DNA from: Cenarchaeum sp.
Lineage (GTDB): Archaea; Thermoproteota; Nitrososphaeria; Nitrososphaerales; Nitrosopumilaceae
Assembly: GCA_965206845.1 (NCBI GenBank)
Contig: OZ242221.1
Location: 960,001 to 1,024,000 of the forward strand
Direction: 5' to 3'
DNA length: 64,000 nucleotides
The first letter of the stretch is position 1; each line of letters starts with the position of its first letter. The notes under the pieces are model-generated. The model was not told the origin of the DNA. It ran no database searches and saw only the letters and a program-made list of their open reading frames with translations. This document shows, piece by piece, positions 29,798 through 38,169 of the stretch. Made by a program: the position numbers and the translations under genes.

Positions 29798-30712
29798 ATG
29801 GCCGGAATCTCGGTGAGGGCCCCCTCGTCCACCGCAAACCTGGGGCCTGGCTTTGACGTGTTTGGGCTGGCGCTAGATGCCTACTTTGACGAGGTCACCC
29901 TGGAGAGGACGGGAGGTGGAATCAGCATACTCTCCGAGGGCGGCATCCCTACGGATCCCGACAGGAACACTGCCGGCATAGTCGCAAGGGTCATGATGGA
30001 GCGGTTTGGGATCACCGGCGGGGTGGAGATCAGGATCAGAAAGGGCGTTCCCGTGGGCTTTGGCATGGGCAGCAGCGCGGCCTCGGCGGCGGCTGCCGCG
30101 GTGGCCTTTGACGGGCTGTTTGATCTGGGGCTGGACGGTGACACGCTGGTGGAGTGCGCCGGGGCCGGCGAGCGGGCCAGCGCGGGAGCCGTCCACTATG
30201 ACAACGTGGCGGCCTCGGTTCTGGGCGGTTTTGTCATAGTGAGGACCGGGCCCCTGAGCGTGATCCGGGTGGATCCGCCGGAGGATCTTGTGCTTTGCGT
30301 GGCGATTCCAGAGATGGACGTGCCGCCAAAAAAAACGCAGGTCTCCCGGGGCGCGGTTCCCGAAAGGATAGCCATGGCAGATAGCGTGCGAAACCTCGCA
30401 AATGCCGCCGCCATGGTGGCTGGGTTTCTCAGAGGGGAGCCGGAGGTGATAGGATCCGCGATACAGGATGTGATAGTGGAGCCTGCCAGAAAGCACATGA
30501 TTCCGGGCTTTGACCGGGTCAAGGGCGATGCCCTTGGGGCCGGTGCCCTGGGAGTGACCATCAGCGGAGCGGGCCCCTCTGTGATCGCACTCCTGGCAGG
30601 ATCGGCTGACAGCGGCGCCGTGGCAGATGCCATGAGGGGCGGCTTTTCATCGGCGGGCCTGGGATGCCGCACCGTGATCTGCGGGCCCAGCGGCGGGGCC
30701 AGGCCGGTATAG
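29798..30712 (+). CDS. thrB: Homoserine kinase
   Basis: PSSTANLGPGFD, GMGSSAAS, HYDNVA, ISGAGPS. Confidence 0.95.
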   Translation: MAGISVRAPSSTANLGPGFDVFGLALDAYFDEVTLERTGGGISILSEGGIPTDPDRNTAGIVARVMMERFGITGGVEIRIRKGVPVGFGMGSSAASAAAAAVAFDGLFDLGLDGDTLVECAGAGERASAGAVHYDNVAASVLGGFVIVRTGPLSVIRVDPPEDLVLCVAIPEMDVPPKKTQVSRGAVPERIAMADSVRNLANAAAMVAGFLRGEPEVIGSAIQDVIVEPARKHMIPGFDRVKGDALGAGALGVTISGAGPSVIALLAGSADSGAVADAMRGGFSSAGLGCRTVICGPSGGARPV

Positions 30713-30723
30713 CGGCGATGCGC

Positions 30724-31419
30724 ATGGAAAAGGCAGTAGTCATATTCAGCGGTGGTGCAGACTCGGTCTGCAGCGCGGCGCACCTTGGCTCGACATACGA
30801 CCTCTACGGAATCACCTTCTCCTACGGACAGAGGGCGGGCCGGGAGGTGGAGGTGGCGAGGACGTTTGCGGATGCGCTCGACTTCAGGCAGCACAAGATC
30901 GTGGACATCGGCTTCATGAAGGATCTCTACGCGGGAACAAACGTGCTGACCGACGCAGACAGGCAGGTTCCCGAGGAGTTTGACTACACCATCGTGGTTC
31001 CGATTCGCAATGCTGTGTTTTTGACCATCGCCTCGACGTGGGCATACACCCTCAACGCCCCGCTGGTGGCATACGGCGCCCACACCGGAGACGAAAACTA
31101 TCCGGACTGCCGGCCATCCTTTGCCCGCATGCTGGAGGCGGCGCTGAACCACGGGGAGGCAGACGGAATCCGGTCACGGGTACGCCGGAGGATAGAGATC
31201 TGGAGCCCCTTCCAGCAGGGACTCTCAAAGAGCGATCTGCTCGGTATGGGGCACGAGATACTGGGAGACAGGATCTTTGAGACATGGAGCTGCTATCTGG
31301 GCGGCAAGGTTCACTGTGGGCGGTGTGAGTCGTGCATGAACAGAAGGAACTCGTTTGCCACTGCCGGAATACAGGACAGAACCCCGTATGCCCAGCCTAT
31401 CCGAGAATCTTCTTCTTGA
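30724..31419 (+). CDS. queC: 7-cyano-7-deazaguanine synthase
   Basis: FSGGADS, YGQR, VPIRNAVF, YPDCR, TWSCY, HCGRCESC. Confidence 0.93.
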   Translation: MEKAVVIFSGGADSVCSAAHLGSTYDLYGITFSYGQRAGREVEVARTFADALDFRQHKIVDIGFMKDLYAGTNVLTDADRQVPEEFDYTIVVPIRNAVFLTIASTWAYTLNAPLVAYGAHTGDENYPDCRPSFARMLEAALNHGEADGIRSRVRRRIEIWSPFQQGLSKSDLLGMGHEILGDRIFETWSCYLGGKVHCGRCESCMNRRNSFATAGIQDRTPYAQPIRESSS

Positions 31420-31741
31420 GGACAAGTCCCCGGATAATCAGGTACCAGCCGCCAAAGATTGCGCCCATGATGCTGTAGAAGATCCAGTTGGACATTGATA
31501 TTATGGGCGCCGTGATCTCGCTGCCCAGCGCCACGAACTCGTCAGAGTGTATGTTGATTGCCTCCCACGACTCGAGCACGTTGGAGTATCCCAGGGACCA
31601 GGCCACGCCGCCAAGGATGTAGTCTGAGATCTCGCGGGCCAGCAGCAGGGATACCGCCAGGACTATTCCAAACTCGATGACGTACCATGTCCAGCCGGGC
31701 CACGACTCCTTTGGAATGTGAACGTTGTTGTGTGCTCCCAC
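31397..31741 (-). CDS. Two-TM hypothetical membrane protein
   Basis: Hydrophobic helices at both ends. Confidence 0.7.
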   Translation of the reverse strand: MGAHNNVHIPKESWPGWTWYVIEFGIVLAVSLLLAREISDYILGGVAWSLGYSNVLESWEAINIHSDEFVALGSEITAPIISMSNWIFYSIMGAIFGGWYLIIRGLVLKKKILG

Positions 31742-31792
31742 AAGCTCACTCAGACGACACTCTGTATTTATTTTTTGAGAAAGCGGATGCCG

Positions 31793-32344
31793 CTAGATGT
31801 CTTCGGCGGGCCTGCGTATCATGGCCACGATGGCCTCCTTCTCCTCCCTGCTCTCATATATGCCCCGGAACACCGATGTGGCCATCCGTGCGTCGTTTCT
31901 GACGCCCCTCATCTTCATGCATAGGTGCTCTGCCTCCACAAGGACCGCAACCCCCTTGACGCCCTGGGCCTGCATCTCGTTGGCGATGCTCCGGGTCATC
32001 CTCTCCTGGATCTGAAGGCGCCTGGAGTACTTTTCCACCAGCCGCACCATCTTGGATATCCCAAAGACCCGCCCGTTGGGCGAGTATGCAATGTGGACCT
32101 TGCCAAAGAACGGCAGCATGTGGTGCTCACACATGGAGTAGAACTGGATTCCCTTTGCTACTACCGTGTCCGAGTCCTCGGAGAACTGGACTGACAGCTC
32201 GGAGTTCGAGTCATAGCCGCCAAAGATCTCACTGTACATATCGGCAATGCGTCGCGGCGTCTCCCGCAGTCCCTCCCTGGTGGGATCCTCGCCTATCTCA
32301 ATTATCAGCTCGCGTACAAGCTTCTGCACCCGTTCCCAATCCAT
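31793..32344 (-). CDS. folE: GTP cyclohydrolase I
   Basis: [41 protein letters not shown]; alternative GTG start at 32356. Confidence 0.95.
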   Translation of the reverse strand: MDWERVQKLVRELIIEIGEDPTREGLRETPRRIADMYSEIFGGYDSNSELSVQFSEDSDTVVAKGIQFYSMCEHHMLPFFGKVHIAYSPNGRVFGISKMVRLVEKYSRRLQIQERMTRSIANEMQAQGVKGVAVLVEAEHLCMKMRGVRNDARMATSVFRGIYESREEKEAIVAMIRRPAEDI

Positions 32345-32389
32345 CACTGTTCCCACAGCGATTCCACTAATATTTGAAGCTAAAGGGAA

Positions 32390-34042
32390 TTATATACAAA
32401 AGTACACAGTACCTTTGCCTTTTGCTGGCGCTCTTGCAATCCCCCCCACGCTTGGCTCTCGCGTGTTGTCTGGGGAACGCCCGGGAGCAATCCCGCGCTG
32501 GTGTCTCGCGTCTTTGGACGACCTTCCCGGCCGCCCTGCCGCCTTGGCTGTTGCCTTGGAGGCAATGTTATACGCGGCATTGATGTCCGCGTTGACGTCA
32601 TTCTCACATCTGTCATTGGTGCACCGGAACTCACCCCGCGACACCCTGGATTCCTTGTCGGTGCGGCCGCACCTGTGGCATGTGATGCTGGTGCCCTTGG
32701 GGTCCACCATTACCACGATCACGCCGGCATTGGCGCACGCGCCCTTGATCAATCGTTGGAACGTCCCGGGCCTTGAGTAGGCCATCTCCCTGTTTAGCCC
32801 CGTCTTGGCGGAGCTTCCCTTGCCCTTGGACTTGGCTGTCATGTTGTTGAGGCTGAGGTCCTCCATGGCCACCGTTCCCGCGCCGTCCGCTATCCTCTTG
32901 GACGCGTGCCTTTCCCAGTTGGTCTGGCGGTTGGCAATCTTTTCCCTCTTTTTCCGGATCTTCCTGTGCAGCTCCTTGTAGCTTCTTGACTTGGTCTTCC
33001 TCGGCTTGTCCCTGTTGCGGCCGCTCGTGTTGTTCCCGCCGTTAGTGGTTTTGCTTCCACTGTCAGCATCTTCCTTACTGTCCTGTTTGGTGCGCCTGTT
33101 GCCGCGCCCCCCTCGCTTCCTTGAGATCTCGGAATACATCTTGGATATGTCGTCGTTCTTCGCCCTCCTGCAGTCCTTTGGGAGGTCGTGGAACCTGTGG
33201 CGGCCGGTATCGAGGTCCGCCGTGGCGGCGCCGTGCACTATGCCCATGTCCACGCCCCTGACGACCGTGGATTCGGACGGCTCCGGGGCCTTGGTTTCAA
33301 CCTGGATGTGGAGCCTGTACGTCCTGTGGCGGTCTTTGGTGCGTTTCGTGGTCTTCTTCGTCGTCTCGACGAGCTGGAAGGAGAGCATGTCAAGATCCTC
33401 CACATCGCCGTGCACCCTTACGGTGCCTATGCCGGGGAGCATCACCGTGTTGTCGCCCTTGTAGACGGGCTTCTCGAAGACCGAGAGGGACCGCTGCTCC
33501 CCCTTCCTCTTGAACAGGGAATCCCTGTGGCGCCACTTGTTCCTCTTGTTGCTCCACTTGTTCGACGGCAAATTTACAGCAGTGTCAATATCCGGTATCC
33601 CCTCCTTTTCCCGGTCGAGCCTAGCCAGGTACTTCCATAATGACTTGTTGCGGCGCTTTTTGCCGTTTGATATTACGAACTTTTGAACGGCATCCAGGCC
33701 CAGCAGGAGCCCCGCCCTCTGCGCAAGGAAGCCGCCCTCTATCCATTCCTTCCCATGTCTCCATCCGGTGAGCATCTTGTTGAGGTCAAACTTGGTTGTC
33801 CTCGGGTCGTCCAGCTTCTCCCGCACCGCCATGTTGAACGCCCACCGCTGCTGGTCCATTCGGCAGGATATGAGATCCGACAGCTCCGCCGACTGGTCAA
33901 AGTCCACCTTTATGTTGCGTATCATGATGCCCTCCATTGGGCGCCTTGACCACTTTTTTGGAGCCGGCTCGGTTGCGGCTGCGGTTGCGTCCGCCTGCTC
34001 CGTTGCTGTTGCTGCTACTACCTCTGCCATGACGGATTTCAT
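32390..34042 (-). CDS. tnpB: TnpB-like RNA-guided endonuclease, 550 aa
   Basis: GVDMG, MEDL, TSITCHRC..FRC..C, NADINAAYNI; stop codon lies inside the TIR. Confidence 0.93.
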   Translation of the reverse strand: MKSVMAEVVAATATEQADATAAATEPAPKKWSRRPMEGIMIRNIKVDFDQSAELSDLISCRMDQQRWAFNMAVREKLDDPRTTKFDLNKMLTGWRHGKEWIEGGFLAQRAGLLLGLDAVQKFVISNGKKRRNKSLWKYLARLDREKEGIPDIDTAVNLPSNKWSNKRNKWRHRDSLFKRKGEQRSLSVFEKPVYKGDNTVMLPGIGTVRVHGDVEDLDMLSFQLVETTKKTTKRTKDRHRTYRLHIQVETKAPEPSESTVVRGVDMGIVHGAATADLDTGRHRFHDLPKDCRRAKNDDISKMYSEISRKRGGRGNRRTKQDSKEDADSGSKTTNGGNNTSGRNRDKPRKTKSRSYKELHRKIRKKREKIANRQTNWERHASKRIADGAGTVAMEDLSLNNMTAKSKGKGSSAKTGLNREMAYSRPGTFQRLIKGACANAGVIVVMVDPKGTSITCHRCGRTDKESRVSRGEFRCTNDRCENDVNADINAAYNIASKATAKAAGRPGRSSKDARHQRGIAPGRSPDNTREPSVGGIARAPAKGKGTVYFCI

Positions 34043-34064
34043 TACGCATTCAATATGTCATACG

Positions 34065-34072
34065 TATAAAAA
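34065..34072 (-). promoter_or_regulatory. TATA box of tnpB (leaderless transcript)
   Basis: TTTTTATA 23-30 bp upstream of ATG; equivalent motif at the same spacing in copies 1 and 3. Confidence 0.65.
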
Positions 34073-34292
34073 CACCGCGACAACACCATGCAGACCATGC
34101 AAACAGTCCGCACCGCCGCGACCATTATTTCCGCCGCGCTTGCCTGTGCTGTTCCTCCAGCCACTGGCGCCGCGCCGGCATCTGGCAGGAATGGCGCGCC
34201 GGAAGGAAAGCCGGAAAATGATGAAAGCATTGTGTACTTTTGTATATAATTCCCAAGCTAAACGGTCGCAGCCGCGGATGCCCGGCCGGGCT

Positions 34293-35006
34293 TTACGGCG
34301 CCCCTATGAACTTGTGCATCTGAGGCACTATGCGAACATCCCTGTAGTGGGGCCACACCGCATCGTACAGCTCCATGAGCAGGTCAAGGCCGGGACTGCC
34401 GGCCCCGTATACCGGCTGAATGACAAAACCGGAGATGTCGCCTGCCGCGATGACGCCGAATACCTGCCCTGCCAGCTCCGCCATGTCCTCCCCGGTGGTG
34501 CGGGAGCTGACGACGACCTTGATGTACGTGTCTTTCTTTGATGTTACAGACAGCCTCAGGCACTCGAGGGCGTTCTTGACAAGATCCGGATAGTGCCCGT
34601 CATCTACAAAACCCGAGTCCCGGGTCTTGAACTCGATCTTTACCAGATCGATACTGGGCAGCACACGGGAGAATCTCGCCGAGTCAAAGCACGCCGACTC
34701 GAGGTAGACGGGTATGCCCTTTGACCTGACATACTCTGCCATCTCCGCCACCGCGTCAGGCTGCATCAGGGGATCGCCGCCGGTGAAATTCACCTTGTAG
34801 GTGTTCTGCTGCAGGTTCTGCCCGATGAGCCTGCAGGCCTCTGCCACAGGGTACTCGGTCCCGGAGTTGGACGGGAGCGCCTCTGCGGTATCGCAGTAAA
34901 AGCACGAAAACGGACACCCGGCCAGCCTGACGAACATGGTCTTTGTCCCGTACAGTATGCCCTCCCCCTCTATGGAGGTGAATATCTCAAACAGCCTTAC
35001 CTTCAA
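34293..35006 (-). CDS. queE: 7-carboxy-7-deazaguanine synthase (radical SAM)
   Basis: EIFTSIEGEG, GCPFSCFYCDT, FTGGDP, PQMHK. Confidence 0.93.
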   Translation of the reverse strand: MKVRLFEIFTSIEGEGILYGTKTMFVRLAGCPFSCFYCDTAEALPSNSGTEYPVAEACRLIGQNLQQNTYKVNFTGGDPLMQPDAVAEMAEYVRSKGIPVYLESACFDSARFSRVLPSIDLVKIEFKTRDSGFVDDGHYPDLVKNALECLRLSVTSKKDTYIKVVVSSRTTGEDMAELAGQVFGVIAAGDISGFVIQPVYGAGSPGLDLLMELYDAVWPHYRDVRIVPQMHKFIGAP

Positions 35007-35149
35007 CAGTTATGTGGGCCTGTCCTGTCTATTTATTCGGCGCATCTACTCCCGGTGACGGGCCGATACCGCCGGGGCTCCACTGTGAAGCAACCTCCAA
35101 GATCGGTACAGGCCAGCCGGTTCCCGTCCCCGGGCCGCAAAAACCGGAG

Positions 35150-35344
35150 TCAGTGCATTACGGGCTCTTTTGTGTAAAAGAGGCCTGCGATGAAGAAGAC
35201 CACGCCAAGAATGCCGATCAGACTTCCCACAAACTCCAGGGTGCCGGTGAACTCGGGCTCCAGGGTAGGCCAGTAGGCTGCCATCAGCGCGCCCACCACG
35301 ATCATCGGAATTCCAACACCGGCAGTGATCGCTCTGGACGCCAT
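35150..35344 (-). CDS. Small two-TM membrane protein
   Basis: MASRAITAGVGIP...GLFYTKEP; TATA-like sequence ~25 bp upstream. Confidence 0.7.
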   Translation of the reverse strand: MASRAITAGVGIPMIVVGALMAAYWPTLEPEFTGTLEFVGSLIGILGVVFFIAGLFYTKEPVMH

Positions 35345-35639
35345 GGCGTAAATCACCTGTAAAATGTATAATAGTTTTTGCGTCGTGGCGCTGCGGGGGT
35401 GTTGGGCCTGTCTGGATATTTTTGTCCACTTTGTGTAAATTTATGTGCAGGTGATGACGGATGCGGCCGAATGCAAGTCTGACCCGTGTTCGGTCCTGCC
35501 CATGGATCCGGCAATGTCTGGAAGGCGGGATCCATGGCGCAGGGCCGGATCGGCCGTCCGCCTCCGGATCCGGCCCGGGCGCGTTCGCGCCGGATCCAGA
35601 CGGTCGCACAGCCTAATGGCGTGTTGCATAATTCCTCCC

Positions 35640-35779
35640 AAGATGTGATTCGTAATTAGCACGCAGGCACATTAGAGCACGATCTTTGGCATAATCATAC
35701 GAAAGTTGCATGCTTTGGAGCACACATCTGTAAGATTATGGGCATCGAAGGCCCGATTCTTAATTGCGGATCATGTCTC
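35640..35779 (+). mobile_element. 140-bp MITE, copy A
   Basis: Near-identical to 48274-48413 and (inverted) 49301-49440; imperfect 19-bp TIR (G)AGATGTGATTCGTAATTA / TAATTGCGGATCATGTCTC. Confidence 0.88.
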
Positions 35780-36394
35780 GGGACGCAGTCGTCCTGCAGC
35801 GCAAGTTCCGGCACAAGTTTGTCAACCCCGAGGGCATGCACGTCTTCTCGGTGATACAGAGCTTCAACAGGACATGCCGCAAGCTGGGACTCGTCCCCTG
35901 GATGTGCGTGGAAAAGATTGCGGAGAACCCGAACTACAACATATTCGAGGCCGGACCTGAGATGGCACGCGCGCCGGCGCCTCCGGCGGATGCGCCCGAG
36001 TCAGACACATTCTACGCGGAACAGGCCCTCGTCGCGCACCCGGCGGTCGGTGAAAGTGTAGCCGAGACGGAACGGCCCCCGGTCGGGGCACCCGCCGCAC
36101 CGCCGGATCAGTCACCTGCTACGTCCCACACGCCGGCCGGAGACAGGGCCGATACGGAAGCAGACCCGCACGGGTTCGTGCCCCCGCTGGCGGCAGGCCT
36201 GCGGCCGGGCAGCCGCGCCGCAATGACCCGCGTCCCATCTCTGCCTCGCGCCATAACCGATCCCGATCATGTGCCGTTTTACGGCAAGCCGCCGCCGGCA
36301 GTATCTGCCTGACGCTGCAAGATGACACCTGGTTGGCACGGCTAGCCGGAGGGGGACAAGTGCTTGGACCTGAGGATGTACCCTGAACAGTAAC
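35780..36394 (+). pseudogene. IS66-family transposase C-terminal remnant with right end
   Basis: RDAVVLQRKFRHKFVNPEGMHVFSVIQSFNRTCRKLGLVP resembles the IS66 C-terminal R..V..RK....S..G....S...TCR..G..P motif; ends CCTGAACAGTAAC. Confidence 0.7.
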
Positions 36395-36402
36395 CAAAAT
36401 TC

Positions 36403-36495
36403 GTAAGCGTTCACGTCCCCTCTTGTTCCGTGCCTGTAGACAGGTCGACGTGGGCTGTAGTTAGGCGTGGATTAAGGGAGGACGTGAACACTTAC
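36403..36495. mobile_element. 93-bp IS66-type MITE
   Basis: 22-bp imperfect TIR GTAAGCGTTCACGTCCCCTCTT / AAGGGAGGACGTGAACACTTAC; 8-bp TSD CAAAATTC at 36395-36402 and 36496-36503. Confidence 0.88.
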
Positions 36496-36531
36496 CAAAA
36501 TTCTATATTGCAATCCCATCTATCTTATGAT

Positions 36532-38169
36532 GTGGCTGCAAAAAAGGAATGGCGCGTAAAACCCAGCAAGGAGATGATACGGAGCACGTCCAATCCCCGC
36601 ATATACAAGAGCGGACAGTCCTATTACGCAGACGGAAAGGTGATATCGGCCTATATCGACGGGAACGCTCTGATGGCGGTCGTGTCGGGGGGGATGGAAT
36701 ACGACGTGATGATCATAAGTAAGGGTGACCAGTTCACTGCAAACTGCACCTGCCAGTTCAACAGTTACCTCTACTACGAAGCGTGCGAGCACACAATCGC
36801 CGTCCTGATGCACCTGACCGAGCACTTTGAGGAGATGCTGAGCGAAGCGGAATCCAGGAAGTCCACGATAGCCAACATGATCACCTTGGTGGCTCCGGGC
36901 AAGGCGCTAAAGTTTCTGGCGGATCTCATGGTGCACGACGGGGATGCACGGCAGGAGTTTGTCAAGAAGTTCAAGCTGGAGCATGTGCGTCCTATGGTAG
37001 ACCACAAGTCCGAGGTGGACCGGATGTACTATTACGCGGCAGAGTCAGACGGAAGTGTGCGCGAGGCACTGGACTTTGAGCGCTACTTTGCCAGGGCCAG
37101 GGAGAATCGGGACGGCGGCGGGGCCGCCGAGGCGACAAAGATGTACCGGGGGCTGTCAGAAGCGATATCCGGACATATGGGCACGGTGGACGACTCGAGC
37201 GGATACTACACGGACTGCTTCATAGAGGCACTGGAGAGCATGGCCGAGTCGATAGTCCGGGAGGATCTGCCGGCAGACAAAAAACGCGAGCACATTTTGT
37301 ATCTTTTTAAGAAGTTCATGGATGGGACGCCTGCAGAACTCGCCCAGCACTACCGCGGCGCTCTGGAGGCTGTGTGCATCGCAGACGATGACGCAGCGTG
37401 CCTGCGCGACATGATAAAGCCACGCCTGCGGAACGCCGGCAGTGGCAAGTCGGACAACACGACGGATCTTGTGCGCATGCAGGCCCACATTCTCGAGGGG
37501 CTGGGCCGGACAGCAGAACTCGAGACGCTTCTGGAGAAGTTCCACAGCCTGGACAGAGGGCTGTGCGTCATGTACCTTGACATGCTAAAGCACGCCGATC
37601 AGGACAAGGCCCGACAGGCGGCCCGGGATGCCACAGGTGCGTTTCCGGGCGATGTGCGTATAATGGGTGCGGCCCTGGAGCTCTATCCCAAGGCAGGTCC
37701 AGACTACGTCCCGGCGCTCAGAGATCTGTTTGCGGCAACGGGCGACTGGCGGTACTTTTTCAAGCTCGGGGAGGTGTCCACGGACTGGCATGCCGAGGTG
37801 GCAACCACTGCCAGCAACCTTTTGAGGAAGGGCGCCCCCGGCACGGCCGTCGACGCCTACCTGAAGGGGGGCATGGCCGGAGACGCCATGGATCTGCTTG
37901 AGTCGCTGGGGGATGTCGAGCTCTTCGCCGCGTACCGCACAAAGCTGGCCAAGGGCTATCCGGATAGGTACATTGCCGCGTACGGTGAGCATGCCAGGCG
38001 ATTTGCCAAGAGCAGAACCGGAAGGGATCACTACGAGCGCGTCCGCAAGCACCTCGCCAGCATAAAGGCAATTCCAGGCAGCGGCGACAGGTACGAGGGG
38101 CTGATGCGCCACATCAGGCTGGACAACCATAACAAGCGTGTCCTGCTGAAGATCATGGAGGATCTGTAG
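36532..38169 (+). CDS. SWIM zinc-finger protein with helical C-terminal region
   Basis: CTC-x10-CEH SWIM motif; start uncertain (GTG 36532 or ATG 36574) because the ORF-track start lies inside the MITE. Confidence 0.82.
   Translation: MAAKKEWRVKPSKEMIRSTSNPRIYKSGQSYYADGKVISAYIDGNALMAVVSGGMEYDVMIISKGDQFTANCTCQFNSYLYYEACEHTIAVLMHLTEHFEEMLSEAESRKSTIANMITLVAPGKALKFLADLMVHDGDARQEFVKKFKLEHVRPMVDHKSEVDRMYYYAAESDGSVREALDFERYFARARENRDGGGAAEATKMYRGLSEAISGHMGTVDDSSGYYTDCFIEALESMAESIVREDLPADKKREHILYLFKKFMDGTPAELAQHYRGALEAVCIADDDAACLRDMIKPRLRNAGSGKSDNTTDLVRMQAHILEGLGRTAELETLLEKFHSLDRGLCVMYLDMLKHADQDKARQAARDATGAFPGDVRIMGAALELYPKAGPDYVPALRDLFAATGDWRYFFKLGEVSTDWHAEVATTASNLLRKGAPGTAVDAYLKGGMAGDAMDLLESLGDVELFAAYRTKLAKGYPDRYIAAYGEHARRFAKSRTGRDHYERVRKHLASIKAIPGSGDRYEGLMRHIRLDNHNKRVLLKIMEDL

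Larger units (their letters stand above)
32385..34254 (-). mobile_element. TnpB-only element with TIRs and 8-bp TSD (copy 2, 1870 bp)
   Basis: Perfect 24-bp TIR GGGAATTATATACAAAAGTACACA at both ends; AAGCTAAA directly repeated at 32377-32384 and 34255-34262. Confidence 0.95.

Noticed and set aside
12386-34254. Calling the TnpB-like proteins Cas12 effectors of a CRISPR system
   Set aside because: No repeat-spacer array or cas1/cas2 near either copy or anywhere in the window.
36389-36402. 14-bp match AGTAACCAAAATTC shared with 48064-48077
   Set aside because: Single short AT-rich match between unrelated element ends with no extension; likely chance.
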